Below are positions 1-12,805 of a DNA stretch of 64,000 nucleotides, piece by piece. A program made the position numbers and the translations under genes. The notes beneath the pieces are model-generated. The model made no database searches and was not told where the DNA came from. It saw only the letters and a list, made by a program, of their open reading frames with translations. This DNA comes from the human T2T-CHM13v2.0 reference genome, Homo sapiens, in NCBI RefSeq assembly GCF_009914755.1, contig NC_060925.1; one strand, 5' to 3'. Numbering within the stretch: the stretch's first letter is position 1; each line of letters starts with the position of its first letter.

Positions 1-1000
1 GCCTTTCACAAGTGCATTTGATTTTCACAGCTGCATTTTTCTATGCGTGTGAGTGTGTTGGGGAGGACATTGATTGGGGAAAATCAATCTACCTTTTCCT
101 TTTTAGCAAATGGTTCTGAACTCCTTTGAAAATCTAATAAAAGCTGTAGTCCATCTCTACAGTAGGAAAAAAAAAATCACTGAAGCTATGATTGTGGGCA
201 CCAATTGGCCCTTTTCTATATTTACTATAGGCCAAGAAAGTGGACCGAGGATTACTGTAGCTTTTTTTTTTTTTTTTGACAATGGTTGCTGAATTTAGAA
301 AAGATAAAAAGAGAGAGCAGAAAAAAAAAATCCAGGACATTGCTTCACAAAATATTGGAAACAAAATGGCCTTTAACAAAGGAGCTCTGATTGTTAGCTT
401 TTAAGAAATTAATGACACAAATTAAAAAGTGACTTTGAAAGGTATGTAAAATAGTCTGTCAGTGTTACTTATACAGTGTTTTGTAGAGAACCAGGGATTT
501 GGGGAACTCCTGCAATGATGTCCTAATTTAGAGAAGGGTTGTGAACAGGTAGAATTGAGGCTCCATTTACCCAGCATCTTCTCGAGAAGTGCTGTGTTCA
601 TAAATATTACTTCTTGGGCTTCCAAATAAGATTGTACATGAACAAAGAGTTCCATAACTTATAAAGGATTCAGAACCACTTTTCTGGATATTTGTCCATA
701 TAGATAATTACAAACTGAAACTTCTCAACCTAGGTTATCAAAATCTGAGAAAGGCTATATTGGCAGATGTACAATATTGTAGGGTGAAATGAGAGTGACC
801 ACAGACCAGTTTATCTAATTCTCAATATATAAAAATATGGAGTCTTCTACTAAGCTATAAAAAGGCAAATTCAGAATTAGTAAAAACATATAAATTAGTA
901 AAAAGAATTTAAAAATTTAACAACCCAAATTATAGAAGTTGCATATAAAATAGCTAAAAAAAATTTTAGGTAAAACCAGTCAGAAGAAATGAGACTGTAT

Positions 1001-1346
<346 letters not shown>

Positions 1347-1546
1347 TTATCCCTTATTATTAAGGTTGATGTTAAAAAGGGATATTGTCTTCCACAAATC
1401 TTTTGATTCCAGTTCCAGAAAAAAATACCTGCTTGCATCACATACGTTCTTATCCTTTGTGGTAATATCTAAGTCTTTATATAATTTCACCAGTTTTCTG
1501 TTCAGCTATTTAGCTGCAATTGGTTATGAGCCATGACATAAGTAAA

Positions 1547-1922
1547 TGATATTATTTGGAGGTGTCCCCACCCAAAATCTCATCCTGAATTTAATTTGAA
1601 TTGTAATCCCCATATGTTGGGGGAAAGACCCATGGGAGGTGATTAGATCATGGGGGCAGTTCCCCCACCCTGTTCTCGTGATAGTGAGTGAGTTCTCACA
1701 AGATCTGATGGTTTTATAAGGGGGTTTTCCCCGATTTGCTTGGGACTTCTCTCTCCTGCCGCCTAGTGAAGAAGGAAGTGTTTGCTTCCCCTTCCACTGT
1801 GATTGTAAGTTTCCTGTGACCTCCCCAGCCATGTGGAACTGTGAGTCAATTAAACCTCTCTCCTTTATAAGTTACCCAGTCTTGGGCAGTTTTTTATAGC
1901 AGCATGAGAATGGACTAATACA
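1547..1922 (+). mobile_element. THE1-type (ERVL-MaLR) solo LTR
   Basis: TGATAT...GTGTCCCCACCCAAAATCTCATC start; GAACTGTGAGTCAATTAAACCTCT; ends GGACTAATACA; TG...CA termini; ~375 bp. Confidence 0.92.
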
Positions 1923-2792
1923 GTATGTAAACCCCCTACATATATGTTGTACAGTATGGAATTGCCAACATTTGGCTTTTTTGACTTCGAAAGTGGGAAT
2001 TTCATACGGTTTAACCTAGCATTTGCTTGAATATATTCCTCCCTAGTTTTGACGCAGACTCTATACAGTTCACCCACAGGGGTCCTGTGATTTTTTGATC
2101 GATTGATAACAGAATTTGAAGATGTCTGAATGAGCCTACTGGTTGAAAGTAAAGAGAAAGTTGTCAAGTCCTGTCTTATCTTATTCAGTAGCTCTTGCCA
2201 AGGTTTTTGGGTCTTCTCAAGGGAGTAATCACACAGAGTTGAAATAAGAGCAGCCCTAAAATCCCACTGGTTAGTCCTTTAGGCATGTATTTTATCTCCT
2301 CTACAGCCTCTTTAGTGACAGAATATCTAAAACATAGTGTTCTGTAAAACAAAATGTTAAACTATCTTGTGGGAGAATAAGGCAGGTGAAAGGGTTGAGG
2401 CTTATCAAGGAAGCCAGGCAAAGACAGCAGTTCCTATTGCTTTTGAAGTGCTCTTGTGGAAGCTGTACTCACGTCCTTTAAGAGCTGGTTTACTTCCCAA
2501 ATAAACTGAGTTGCCAGCAACTCAGTTTCAGGAGGGAGGGGAAGAAATGAAATGCATCAGTGATGGAGGATTTGCAGGCATTTCTGAGATCATACAAACC
2601 AAAGTGGACATTTCTTCTGGATGCTATTAGCTACTCATCCCTCCCACGTGGGCCCCTTCAGTTTGCTTGCTGGAGAGGAGGCTGCTGAGAATCATTCAAG
2701 CCAGTTAAAGAAATTGCCTAAAGTAAGTATCTGAAACACAAGCACGTTAGCTCAAAGTGCTTAGAACACAGTAATAATCACAAAGTCCTCAC

Positions 2793-2913
2793 TTCTTCTC
2801 TCCTTTGTACCATTCAAAGGCTGGAGGCGGCACACCTGCACCTTCACATCTTATCAGGCCACTGCGTCCGGGGGTCACGGTGCCAGATTTAATTTCCTGA
2901 ATAGTAGGAGCAA
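2793..2913 (-). CDS. NEGR1: Internal coding exon (121 bp, probably exon 5) of neuronal growth regulator 1; start of third Ig-like domain
   Basis: Minus strand reads ...tttgtttcttttgcag|TT GCT CCT ACT...GGA GAG AAG AA|gtgag: canonical acceptor with polypyrimidine tract and GTGAG donor, phases 1/2. Translation (F)APTIQEIKSGTVTPGRSGLIRCEGAGVPPPAFEWYKGEK(K) has the Ig C...W motif and matches NEGR1 as I recall it. Confidence 0.96.
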
Positions 2914-3231
2914 CTGCAAAAGAAACAAACAAACAAATACTAGTAGATAAGTAAAAATAATCCTCAACAGAAATATGACACACATATATTTTTATTCCTT
3001 CTATATTCAAAGCAATCTTATGCCTGATAGACCAACGCATCACATTTTCAGTGTTTTATGCTTCAAATACAAGACTAGTCATTTTCAGCTTCATTTTTCA
3101 AGGTGAACAATAGATGAATGTTTTCAGGGAGTGCAGAGTAAATGCAATACATTTTGGCCTTGCTTCCTACTGGAAAAATGGCATTGGTGAGGGTAACACT
3201 CCATCTGTACTCCAGTCCAACTCTACTGCAG

Positions 3232-3462
3232 TAATAGTTCTCATCTATTGAGTGATCACAGGGAGCCAGTCACTGGGCTAGGTGCTTTACATTCTCGATT
3301 TCCTCACAAAAATACTCTAAGCTTGATGGTATTATCTCAATTTTACAAATGTGAAAAGTCAAGTTCAGAGATGTTAAATGAATTGTCAAGGTCACACAGC
3401 TACTTAGTTGCAGAATTTGCCTTTGAAGTCAGGCATGTTAACTCAAAGCCTGGGCTCTTGAA
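3232..3462 (-). mobile_element. MIR SINE
   Basis: Reverse-complement MIR core (ATTTTACAAATG...AAGGTCACACAGCTA). Confidence 0.8.
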
Positions 3463-3707
3463 ATATTCTGTGTTTTTTCCTGCCTCCTCCCTATGCTTTA
3501 GTAATTTAGTGATTTTTTCTTTAATGTAGTTTCTTCTGCCCGAATGCCGTTGTTCCCCATTTCCACAGATTCAAGATCCATATTAGGCATCAGTGTCCCC
3601 ATGCTCTTCCCTATTGCTCTAGCTGGAAAAAGTTTCCCCGCCTCTGAGTATCTGGATCTCTCATACCATCAACTTTCTATCATGTATTGATAGAAATGTA
3701 TTGCATT

Positions 3708-4165
<458 letters not shown>

Positions 4166-4184
4166 TGTAGCATAACTTTTTTTT

Positions 4185-5130
4185 TTATCCTTCACATAGT
4201 TATTCAGCTGTCAACATGTGCCAGGCATTTCTCAAGGAACAAAGCAGTAAATTGCCCTGACGTGATGAAGCTTATATTCTAGATGGGGTAACAAATGGGG
4301 AGACAGACTATAAACAGCAAATATCACAAATAAGTAGTTTAAATAAAATGTTAGAAGGTGATAAACAATACAGTAAAACAAAAACAAAACCCTTATAGTT
4401 GCAAGGTAAGAGGAATCAGAGAATGGAATGGAATACTATTTTCGATAGGGTAATCTGAGTAGGCCTCATTGAGATGGCAAAACTTGCACAAAGACTAGAT
4501 GTAAATGAGTGAGTTAGCTATGTGGATATTTAGAGACAGAACCTTGAAGGAAGAGGGAACAGCTTGCAGTAAGACACTGAGGCTGAAGCTAGCCAAGTTT
4601 GTTTAATAAATAGCAAGATTGGTGTGGCCGACGCAAAGAGAAAGAAGGAGAGTAGGAGGAGATAGGACCAATTTTCAGTGGATTCCAAGTTTACACCAAA
4701 GAGAAACAAAGGATGGAAGACTGGGTAGGACCTCTCAGGTCATTTCAAGGAATTGACTTTTATTCTAAGACAAATGGTGAGCCCCTGCAGAGTACAGATA
4801 AAATCTGATTGTTTTTTTGAAAAGATGACTCTGGCTGCTGTGTTGAGAAAAGACCATAGTGAGGCTAGGATAAAAGTCTAGGGATAAAGTAGGGAATGCA
4901 GTAAGCAAGGCAAATGAAGGTGGGTGGCTCACTCCAGGGTGGTAGCAGTGCAAGTGGTGGAAAGTTATCGGGCTTGTGGTCTACTCTGAAATTGGAGCTG
5001 ATAAGATTTCTAGACAGACTGAAGTGACATAGAGAAAAAAAGAGGAGTCAAGGGTGATTTAATTTGGCTTGAGTAGCTGGAAGGTTATTGACTGAGATGA
5101 AAAGGACAGTAAATAGAAGAATTTTGGAGG
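4185..5130 (-). mobile_element. L2 LINE fragment
   Basis: Purine-rich antisense L2 signature (ATGTGCCAGGCA...GACTCTGGCTGCTGTGTTGAGAA...AGAGGAGTCAAGG). Confidence 0.8.
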
Positions 5131-5131
5131 G

Positions 5132-5435
5132 GGCTGTGTGCAGTGGCTCACACCTATAATCCCAGCACTTTGGGAGGCCGAGGCGGGTGGATCACCTGAG
5201 GTCAGGAGTTCGAGACCAGCCTGGCCAACGTGGTGAAACCCCGTCTCTACTAAAATTACAAAAATTAGCCAGGCATAGTGGTGGGCACCTGTAATCCCAA
5301 CTGAAGCGGGAGGCTTGGGAGGCTGAAGCAGGAGAATCGCTTGAACCCGGGAGGCAGAGGTTGCAGTGAATTGAGACTGCCATTGCACTTCAGCCTGGGC
5401 AACCAAAGCGAAACTCCATCTCGAAAAAAAAAAAA
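5132..5435 (+). mobile_element. AluS (Sx/Sq-like) SINE
   Basis: GGATCACCTGAGGTCAGGAGTTCGAGACCAGCCTGGCCAAC; perfect 15-bp TSD AAGAATTTTGGAGGG at 5117-5131 and 5436-5450. Confidence 0.96.
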
Positions 5436-5984
5436 AAGAATTTTGGAGGGAAACATTAGGAGTTGTATGCATGCGTCTTTTCATAAATATTTCCTATTCT
5501 GCCAAGTTTTTAACATACTATAATTCATATTTCAAATAACACTATAGAAAATTATTAATCAACAACTAGAATCTTGAAGATACAAAAACTAGTTCATTCA
5601 GAAATATGGCCTAAGTGTGCACTATGGATGTATTTTGATTTCTTTGGAAAGCAATTAAAAAGTACAGCACTTAATGGTTTATCAATATTCAGTGAATACT
5701 GAATATATAGTTTTCAACATATGAAAACTATAAAAACTCTTACAATGGAACATTGCCTTTCAACTAAAAAAATACCCTAGGAAATACATCATTTTCTGTT
5801 AAGGGAAATACTTCTTTTTGAAATTATTGCACTTCTATTTCTCTGTGGTGTTTTTATTCTTATTATTTATAGTTCTAGAAAACATTGCAAGGAAAATATT
5901 TTTGCTAAAGTACTTGCTAATAAATTGGTGAAAAATAATGAAATAATATTTCCAAAAAATGTTTGCATGAGAACTGTTACAAAA

Positions 5985-6140
5985 TAATATAGATACACAC
6001 ATATACACAAACACACACCCAGTTTTATATATATATAAATCATATATGTATAACTTTTATAATGTACATATACATATATACCCTTATATATACACATTTA
6101 TCTATATATGGGTGTATACATATACGTATATTCACAAACA
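5985..6140. repeat. (TA)n/(TACA)n low-complexity tract
   Basis: Degenerate TA/CA alternation. Confidence 0.8.
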
Positions 6141-6504
6141 CAAGAAATCATTTCATAATTTTAAAATTGTTTTGTTAAGCAAAATTTCATGTCACCTGCA
6201 AAAGCCAATTAAATATATTAAAAAATCTATAAATAAAACTTCATGTACTTGTCAATTATTATGACACTGCTCATGACAGGTACAGGTAAGATTGTATTTT
6301 CACTATTGTTCTCATAGGCTTTAATCTCTCTTTCCTGTCACACAAACAGACTGTAATCTTTTATGATATCTAACTATTATTGAAGATGAAATAACCATAT
6401 GCAACAGGAGATCCATCACAAGCTTCTACTGATAACCTGGTTAGTTTAATTACTCTCTTGTTTGTCAAGGGGGCCATGACTCATTATAAACAAAAGCATG
6501 AAAT

Positions 6505-6542
6505 CCGGAACATTGCCTGAAAACCGGAACATTGCCTGAAAA
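6505..6542. repeat. Perfect 19-bp tandem duplication CCGGAACATTGCCTGAAAA x2
   Basis: Directly visible at 6505-6523 and 6524-6542. Confidence 0.95.
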
Positions 6543-6984
6543 CCCAGGCGTAATGAACCGAAATCAAAATCTAGTTCATCATTAAAAGGCTTTTGTGCAG
6601 TACAGTGTACATACGGCTCAGTACTGGGTGCTTTACCACACAAGTTAAAGGGACATGATCCTGTTATCTAGGGCTTCGTGGGCTGCTACGATGGACACCG
6701 AAAATGGAAAGATATCTAAAATGTCACATGGAAATATGGATAAAGAATGAATAAATATGCATAAGAAAAAGTCCTAAGAGCATTTTGCAAGGTATAGAGT
6801 TAAAGGTCCAAGTGTTGTGAAGTAATCAATGTGGAGAGAAGATTCTCATGAGGCTATCCCTTTGTGGCTAAAATTATAAACTTGAACCAAAAACCTCTAT
6901 TGATTTTACTTGGAGACATAAAAGTTCTTATTACATACTCATATTACTGTGCATCTTTTGGAAATAACTTGTTCAAAAAGAAAA

Positions 6985-7700
6985 GGATTCATCCATTTAT
7001 TTATTCTTTATTCCTCTGTTGATTCAACACATATTTTATCAGGGATCACATTAATGAAAAAAAAAATATTCCTGGCCTCATAGAGCTGATATGAAGTGAT
7101 ACAAACTAAGACGAAAACAGAGCAGGGTGAAAGAAAAAGGAAGAGCAAGATATGTTATTTACTATGTTGCAGTCTCAGAGATCCTGGATGATAAGGTAAT
7201 ATTTGAACAAAGAATTAAATGATGTGAGAAAAGGAATCATTTGGCAATTCGTAGAAAATTATAATAAGAAAAAGGAAAGGCAAAGGTCCTGAGTGGAGAG
7301 CATACTTGAGGTGGAAACATGTTTAACAGGATTAGGTTTAACACACTGTTTTAGAAATAGCAAAATGGTCATCATTGCTTGAGTAGAATAGGTGAGAATA
7401 ATCTAGAAGAGAAGGTGGGGCAGGGGGCTGGAGCCCAGATTCTATAGGGTCTAGTAGCCCATGGTAAAAGCTTTGAATTTTATTCTAAGCTGATAAGGTT
7501 TTGCAGATTTTGAGCAGAGGAGTGACATGATTTAGTTAAAATCCTACAGAGATTATTTGTCTGTTGTGTGGAACATGGTCTGCAAAGAGGCAGGAGAGGA
7601 AACCGGCAGAATAACTACGAGGCTGTTGTAGTAATCCTTAGGATAATGAGAAAGTCATTGGCCAATGCATAGAAAAGGCAGAAGCTGAGGATAGAATGTA
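6985..7700 (-). mobile_element. L2 LINE fragment
   Basis: ATTCATCCATTTATTTATTC start; TTTTGAGCAGAGGAGTGACATGAT, typical of antisense L2. Confidence 0.75.
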
Positions 7701-7930
7701 ATTAAATAGATCATTGCTCACATTGGACCTGAATCAACTCATTTTAGTTAGCAGGCATTGACTGAGAATTTTCAGTGGATTCCAAGTTTACACCATTCTG
7801 AACCCTATTACTCTGTATAAATAAAAGGATTTTGTGGGTACAGACATGTCTGATAATGCCCAGAGGATTACTTTCTACATTACTTCTTAGAAATTGTGAT
7901 GTACATGTATGTCTTATGAATCTTTTATTG

Positions 7931-10568
7931 CAGGGGTCTGTTAGGAACCGGGCCTGTTAGGAACCCAGGCCACACAGCTGGAGGTGAGTGGCAGGTGAGC
8001 AAATGGAGCTTCATCTGTATTTACAAATGCTCCCCATCGCTGGCATTACTGTCTGAGCTCCACCTCCCATCAGATCAACAGCAGCATTAGATTTTCGTAG
8101 GAGTGTGAACGCTATTGTGAACTGCACATGCAAGGGATCTAAGGTGCACACTCCTTATGACAATCTAATGCCTGATGATCTGAGGTGGAGCTGAGGCAGT
8201 GTTGCTAGCACTGGGGAGTGGCTGCAAATACAGACTAATGTTAACAGAGAATTATACACATAGGCCATAATAAATCAATTGCTTGCAGACTCATATCAAA
8301 ACCCTATCAGTGAGTGGCAAGCAACAATTAAGCTGCATCTGGTGGCAGGCTTTATAGTGGCAAATAAGTTGAGGTACTTCAATTGCACAACTGCATCTGG
8401 TGGCAGGCTTTAAGTCAGAATCTGACACTTTAGTCTGCATGTGGCCCACACATTATTTTATTTACCACTTCTGTCCGTACCTTTTTCCTACACTGCGCAC
8501 TTGTCTCAGTCACAGTTTTGGTAAGCCCACAAGCTAACCCTAGCCAAAATGAGTAAAAACCAAACATCACTGGAGAGCTTCTTTGAAAAGGGGAAAAGAC
8601 CCAACAACTCTAAGACTGCCAACAAAAGAAAGCTGCATTTAAAAGAAAATAACAAGAGTGCTACTTAAATTACAAGTTCTTTGTAACAGGTGATTCACAT
8701 TCTCCAAGCCCACTTTGTATAATGTGTGGTGACTGGCTATCCAACAAGGCCATGAAAACTTCAAAACTGCTGTACCACATGGAGACCAAGCACCTTGCAT
8801 TAAAAGACAAGACTTTGGAGTTTTTCAAAAGGAAAAAAACATAAACACAAAGAACAGAAGCAATTATTGAAGGCCACCACTTCATCAAATGTGTCTGCAC
8901 CAAAAGCATGATTCTCGTGACTAACCACATTGCTAAAGCTAAGAAGCCCTTCCCTATTGGTGAAGAGCTGATCCTGCCTACCGCTAAGGATATTTGTCAT
9001 GAACTTTTAGGAGAGGCTGCTGTTCAAAAGGTGGCACGTGTTCCTCCTTTGGCTAGCACCATAACTAGATGAAATAGCAGAGGATATTAAGGCACGATTG
9101 TTAGAGAGGATTAACGAATCACTGTGGTACACAATCTAGGTTGATGAATCTACTGATGTTGACAAGGCAACAATGCTTGTTTATGTGGGATATATTTTTC
9201 AGGAGGATGTTCGTGAGGATATGTTATGTGCACTTTCGTTGCCAACCAACACCACAGCTGCAGGACTATTCAAGCCTCTGAATTCGGGAAAACTGAATTG
9301 GTTATTTTGTGTTGGTATATGCATGGACGGAGTTGCTGCCATGACTTGACAGCTTTCTGGTTTCACTATTCGGGTCAAATAGGTCACTTCTGAATGTAAG
9401 TCTACACACCGTGTCATCCATAGATAAATGCTGGCTAGCTGGAAAATGTTACCTGAACTAAAATCATTTTCCAGAATGTGATTAAAATTACCAACCAGGT
9501 TAAAATACATGCCCTTAACTCACATCTGTTGCCACAGCTCTGTGAGGAGATGGACACAGAGCACACATGTTTTCTCTTATACACAGAAGTGAGATGGCTT
9601 TCTAAAGGTGGATAACTGAGCAGAGTATCTGAGTTATGAAAGCCACTGCAGAGATTACTTTTAGAAACACAGTCACCAATGGCAGCACATTTCAGTGACA
9701 TAGAATGGGTCGCAAAACTTGCTTACTTATGTGACATATTCAACCTGCTCAATGGACTCAGCCTTTCACTCCAGGGGAGAATGACAACTGTGTTCAGATC
9801 GGCAGATAAAGTGGCTGCATTCAAAGCCAAACTGGAATTATGGGGGCGAAAAGTGAACACTGGGATTTTTGACATGTTTCAAACATTAGCAGAGATTTTA
9901 AAAGAGGCTGAGCCAGGACCTTATTTCTCCCAGCTGGTGCATGATCGTCTTGCTCAGCTTTCGAAAGACTTTGAGCATTACTTCCTAATCACAAAAGACA
10001 CCCGAACTAGGAAGGAATGGATCTGCGACCCATTTGTGAATAAGCCAGGTGTATTGACTTTGTCCCTGCCAGAAAAGACTCACTTACTTGAGATTACAAA
10101 TGACTGTGGCCTTAAAAGTATGTTTGGGACAACCTCAAATCTCCATAAGTTCTGGATTAAGGTCAAGACAGAATATCCTGGGTTGCCACAAAGGACTGAA
10201 AAACCTGCTTCCATTTCCAACATCCTGTCTTTGTGAAGCAGGGTTTTCTGCAGTCACAGCCACCAAAATGAGATCATGGAGTAGACTGGAAAAGCAACAC
10301 ACTTCGGGTGCCACTGTCTCCCATCACCCCCAGATGAGACTGTCTAGTTGCAAGAAAACACACTCAGGCTGTCAGTGATTCTACATTATGGCGAGTTGTA
10401 TAAGTATTTCATTATATGTTACAATATAATAATAATAGAAATAAAGTGCACAATAAATGTAATGCACTTGAATCATCCTGAAAAAATCTTCTACCCCACC
10501 CCACAGTCCATAGAAAAATTGTCTTCCAAAAAACCGGTCCCTGGTGCCAAAAAGGTTAGAGACTGCTG
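7931..10568 (+). mobile_element. Charlie3 hAT DNA transposon (autonomous partner of MER1), near full length (~2.6 kb)
   Basis: Left CAGGGGTC..., MER1-type subterminal sequence (GCCTGATGATCTGAGGTGG), right end CCGGTCCCTGGTGCCAAAAAGGTTAGAGACTGCTG; degenerate 8-bp TSD TTTTATTG/TCTTTTTG; internal transposase remnant. Confidence 0.92.
8549..10378 (+). pseudogene. Decayed hAT (Buster/Charlie-type) transposase, related to ZBED5/ZBED8/SCAND3
   Basis: ATG at 8549 (MSKNQTSLESFFEKG); BED-finger-like PLCIMCGDWLSNKAMKTSKLLYHMETKH; VDESTD; TEVRWLSKG; LAYLCDIFNLLN (ORF 9679-10236); C-terminal LLPFPTSCLCEAGFS (ORF 10088-10378); multiple stops and frameshifts. Confidence 0.9.
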
Positions 10569-12574
10569 TCTTTTTGGACAGACCCTTTTCCAAACTTATG
10601 TGGTCACAGCGTTCTATAAGGTTTTATTTGAGCATTTTGTGGGTCTGATATTTCTTGGGATATATTCTGCATGTGTCAAATTACTGGAATAGTGGATCTC
10701 TAAGCTGTATTCTACATCATAGGTTATGTTGTCCGTGACTTTTAAGGTGAACTGTCATTACTGGCTCAAGAGGTTTCTAAGGGCTCATGAGCTATAATGT
10801 ACTCACAGATTTCATGTAAGGAGAAGGCTTCAATTATTTGTGCCATAAGGATATGGTCATTTATTTCCCTGGAACAGATGTACCTGACAAAAATTATGAC
10901 TAGTTAAATCTCCAACTGGAGCTGTACAGTAAAAAATTATAAATATATTTGGCCAAGTTGTACAAAACACTCATTTTCCACTACAATATTCCATGTTTTA
11001 AGTAATCACAGTGGGCTCTTTCTTAGAAAGATGATCAAATGAAAAAATCTGAGTGATTGCTTCCAGAGCCTATTTCTCTTACTACTACACTCCCTCCATT
11101 GCTCTGTGAATTTTGGCCTGGCACCTGAAGTGTAAGCTGTTTTTGCTGGGAGTAGGGAAATAAATTTATGCATCTTCATGTGTTTATGTTTCCAGAACTG
11201 TTTTTCTTTTTGTATATATAGCCTTGTGTTCTTCTTAGATGTAACCTTTCAATAACATTAAAGTGGCAAGGAAAGTGAATGCTAGAGTCTCTCAAATTCA
11301 CCAGTAGAATAGCATCCTTTGGAGTGGACTGTGAGCTGAAGCAATTGCACAGTGGAAATAAAATCAATTTCAGAGGAATGTTATTAGACAGATGTGAGTA
11401 AGAGCAAGGAACAGATGTTGGAGAAAGCCAGCAGTGAAAGAAAGGGTCAGCATGAGGTATTTAATACCTGTGTGATTAGAGGCTCACAAAGGAGGAGTCT
11501 TCCTTTCTAATTTGCTCAGTGGGATTATTTCTTTGCATTCTTTAGCTAGTCATTTCAGGATGAAGATAATGAAAGTGTCTTCATCCAAATCTCCAGGCTC
11601 TGCAGGTGCAAGAAACAGAAACTCTGCACTTGGCACCCAACAAGCCTAATCAAGATTCATTTTCTTAGTTACTTGACAATAGCTACCAAAGATCTTCTTT
11701 CTCTCATGCCATCCTCAATGGGAGCTTTAGTCATGTAGAGAGTATTATTATTATTAAAAACGAGTAAATCCAATAATTATTTTAATATCCTTACTAAGTT
11801 GAGGTAGTTGAAATGAAACTTTAGAGTTCCAATGGCAAAAGAATTTGAACACCACCCTATCCCCTTAAAGTGATGGATGATTATGAACACGCCATGTTAA
11901 ATAACTGCAACAATAAAAAAGGGTGCCCAGAGAAGAAGAGTAGTAATGTGTTTCATGTTAAATACTGCAACAGTATAAATAACATTGCCCGTAGAGCATT
12001 AGTGAATTTAGAGTCTATAAAGAGGAAAAATCGGTCCTACAGAATCCACATGGTTTGAAAACGCTGTGGAAAATAAGCATGTTGACCTTAGTCTGTATTT
12101 AGGATTTACATACTACATTAAGGCAGCCTTAGTCAAATGGACAGTCTTTGGAAAAATTTTAAGATTTCAAGTACCTCACAGAGAATACAAAATATAAGAT
12201 GTGTTCAATATATTATTGTTTCATAGGAGGAGAGTTATAGGTAGTTAAAAATTTCTTACTTGAAGACAGGTTGAAACTCAGGGTGGGAAACAATGACAAT
12301 CTTTCAAAGGTTTTTATAGATCTCATAGAAACATATCATAAGGTCAACCAACTCTTTTTATGAAGCAAATATGTCTTCGCCTAATGAATTAATTTCACCT
12401 TAAAGGAAGCTAAGATTTAAAAAAATCAAACTTCCAAAATATAGTTGAATCACAATCTTTATGACTTAGAGACTTTCACATTGAATTAAGCCTCTGGTCA
12501 GCATTCACAGGGGATGAAAATAATCTAGTTTGTAATGTACCTCCAGCTTCCCCCAGACCTTAAACATTTACACA

Positions 12575-12805
12575 GTGGTGAAATAATGCAGTAAAAAAGC
12601 ACTGCTTTGCAGTGCAACAAACGTAGCTCTAACATTTACTGTCTGAAGTACTTAACCCTTCTAAATCCCAGTTTTCTCACCTGTAAAATAGACAGTACTT
12701 ACTTCATAGGATTGGTGTATGGAGAAAATAAAATAATTTAAGGAAAATGCTTCATACTGCTTTGCACTGAGTTAGTTGTCAATAAAAACATTAGCTATTA
12801 TTAAA
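12575..12805 (+). mobile_element. MIR SINE
   Basis: CAGTTTTCTCACCTGTAAAAT core and AATAAAAACATTAGCTATTATT 3' end. Confidence 0.75.

Noticed and set aside
2914-3043. N-terminal part of ORF 2789..3043 (MMRWSIRHK...)
   Set aside because: Intronic read-through upstream of the splice acceptor; only 2793-2913 is exon.
9679-10236. 185-aa ORF as a domesticated transposase gene
   Set aside because: It is part of a frameshifted, stop-riddled Charlie3 transposase and lacks the N-terminal and first catalytic regions.
12670-12700. Minus-strand TTTTACAG|GTGAG recursive-site-like motif (similar one at ~54315)
   Set aside because: One substitution from the MIR core consensus, so it is expected in many MIR copies.
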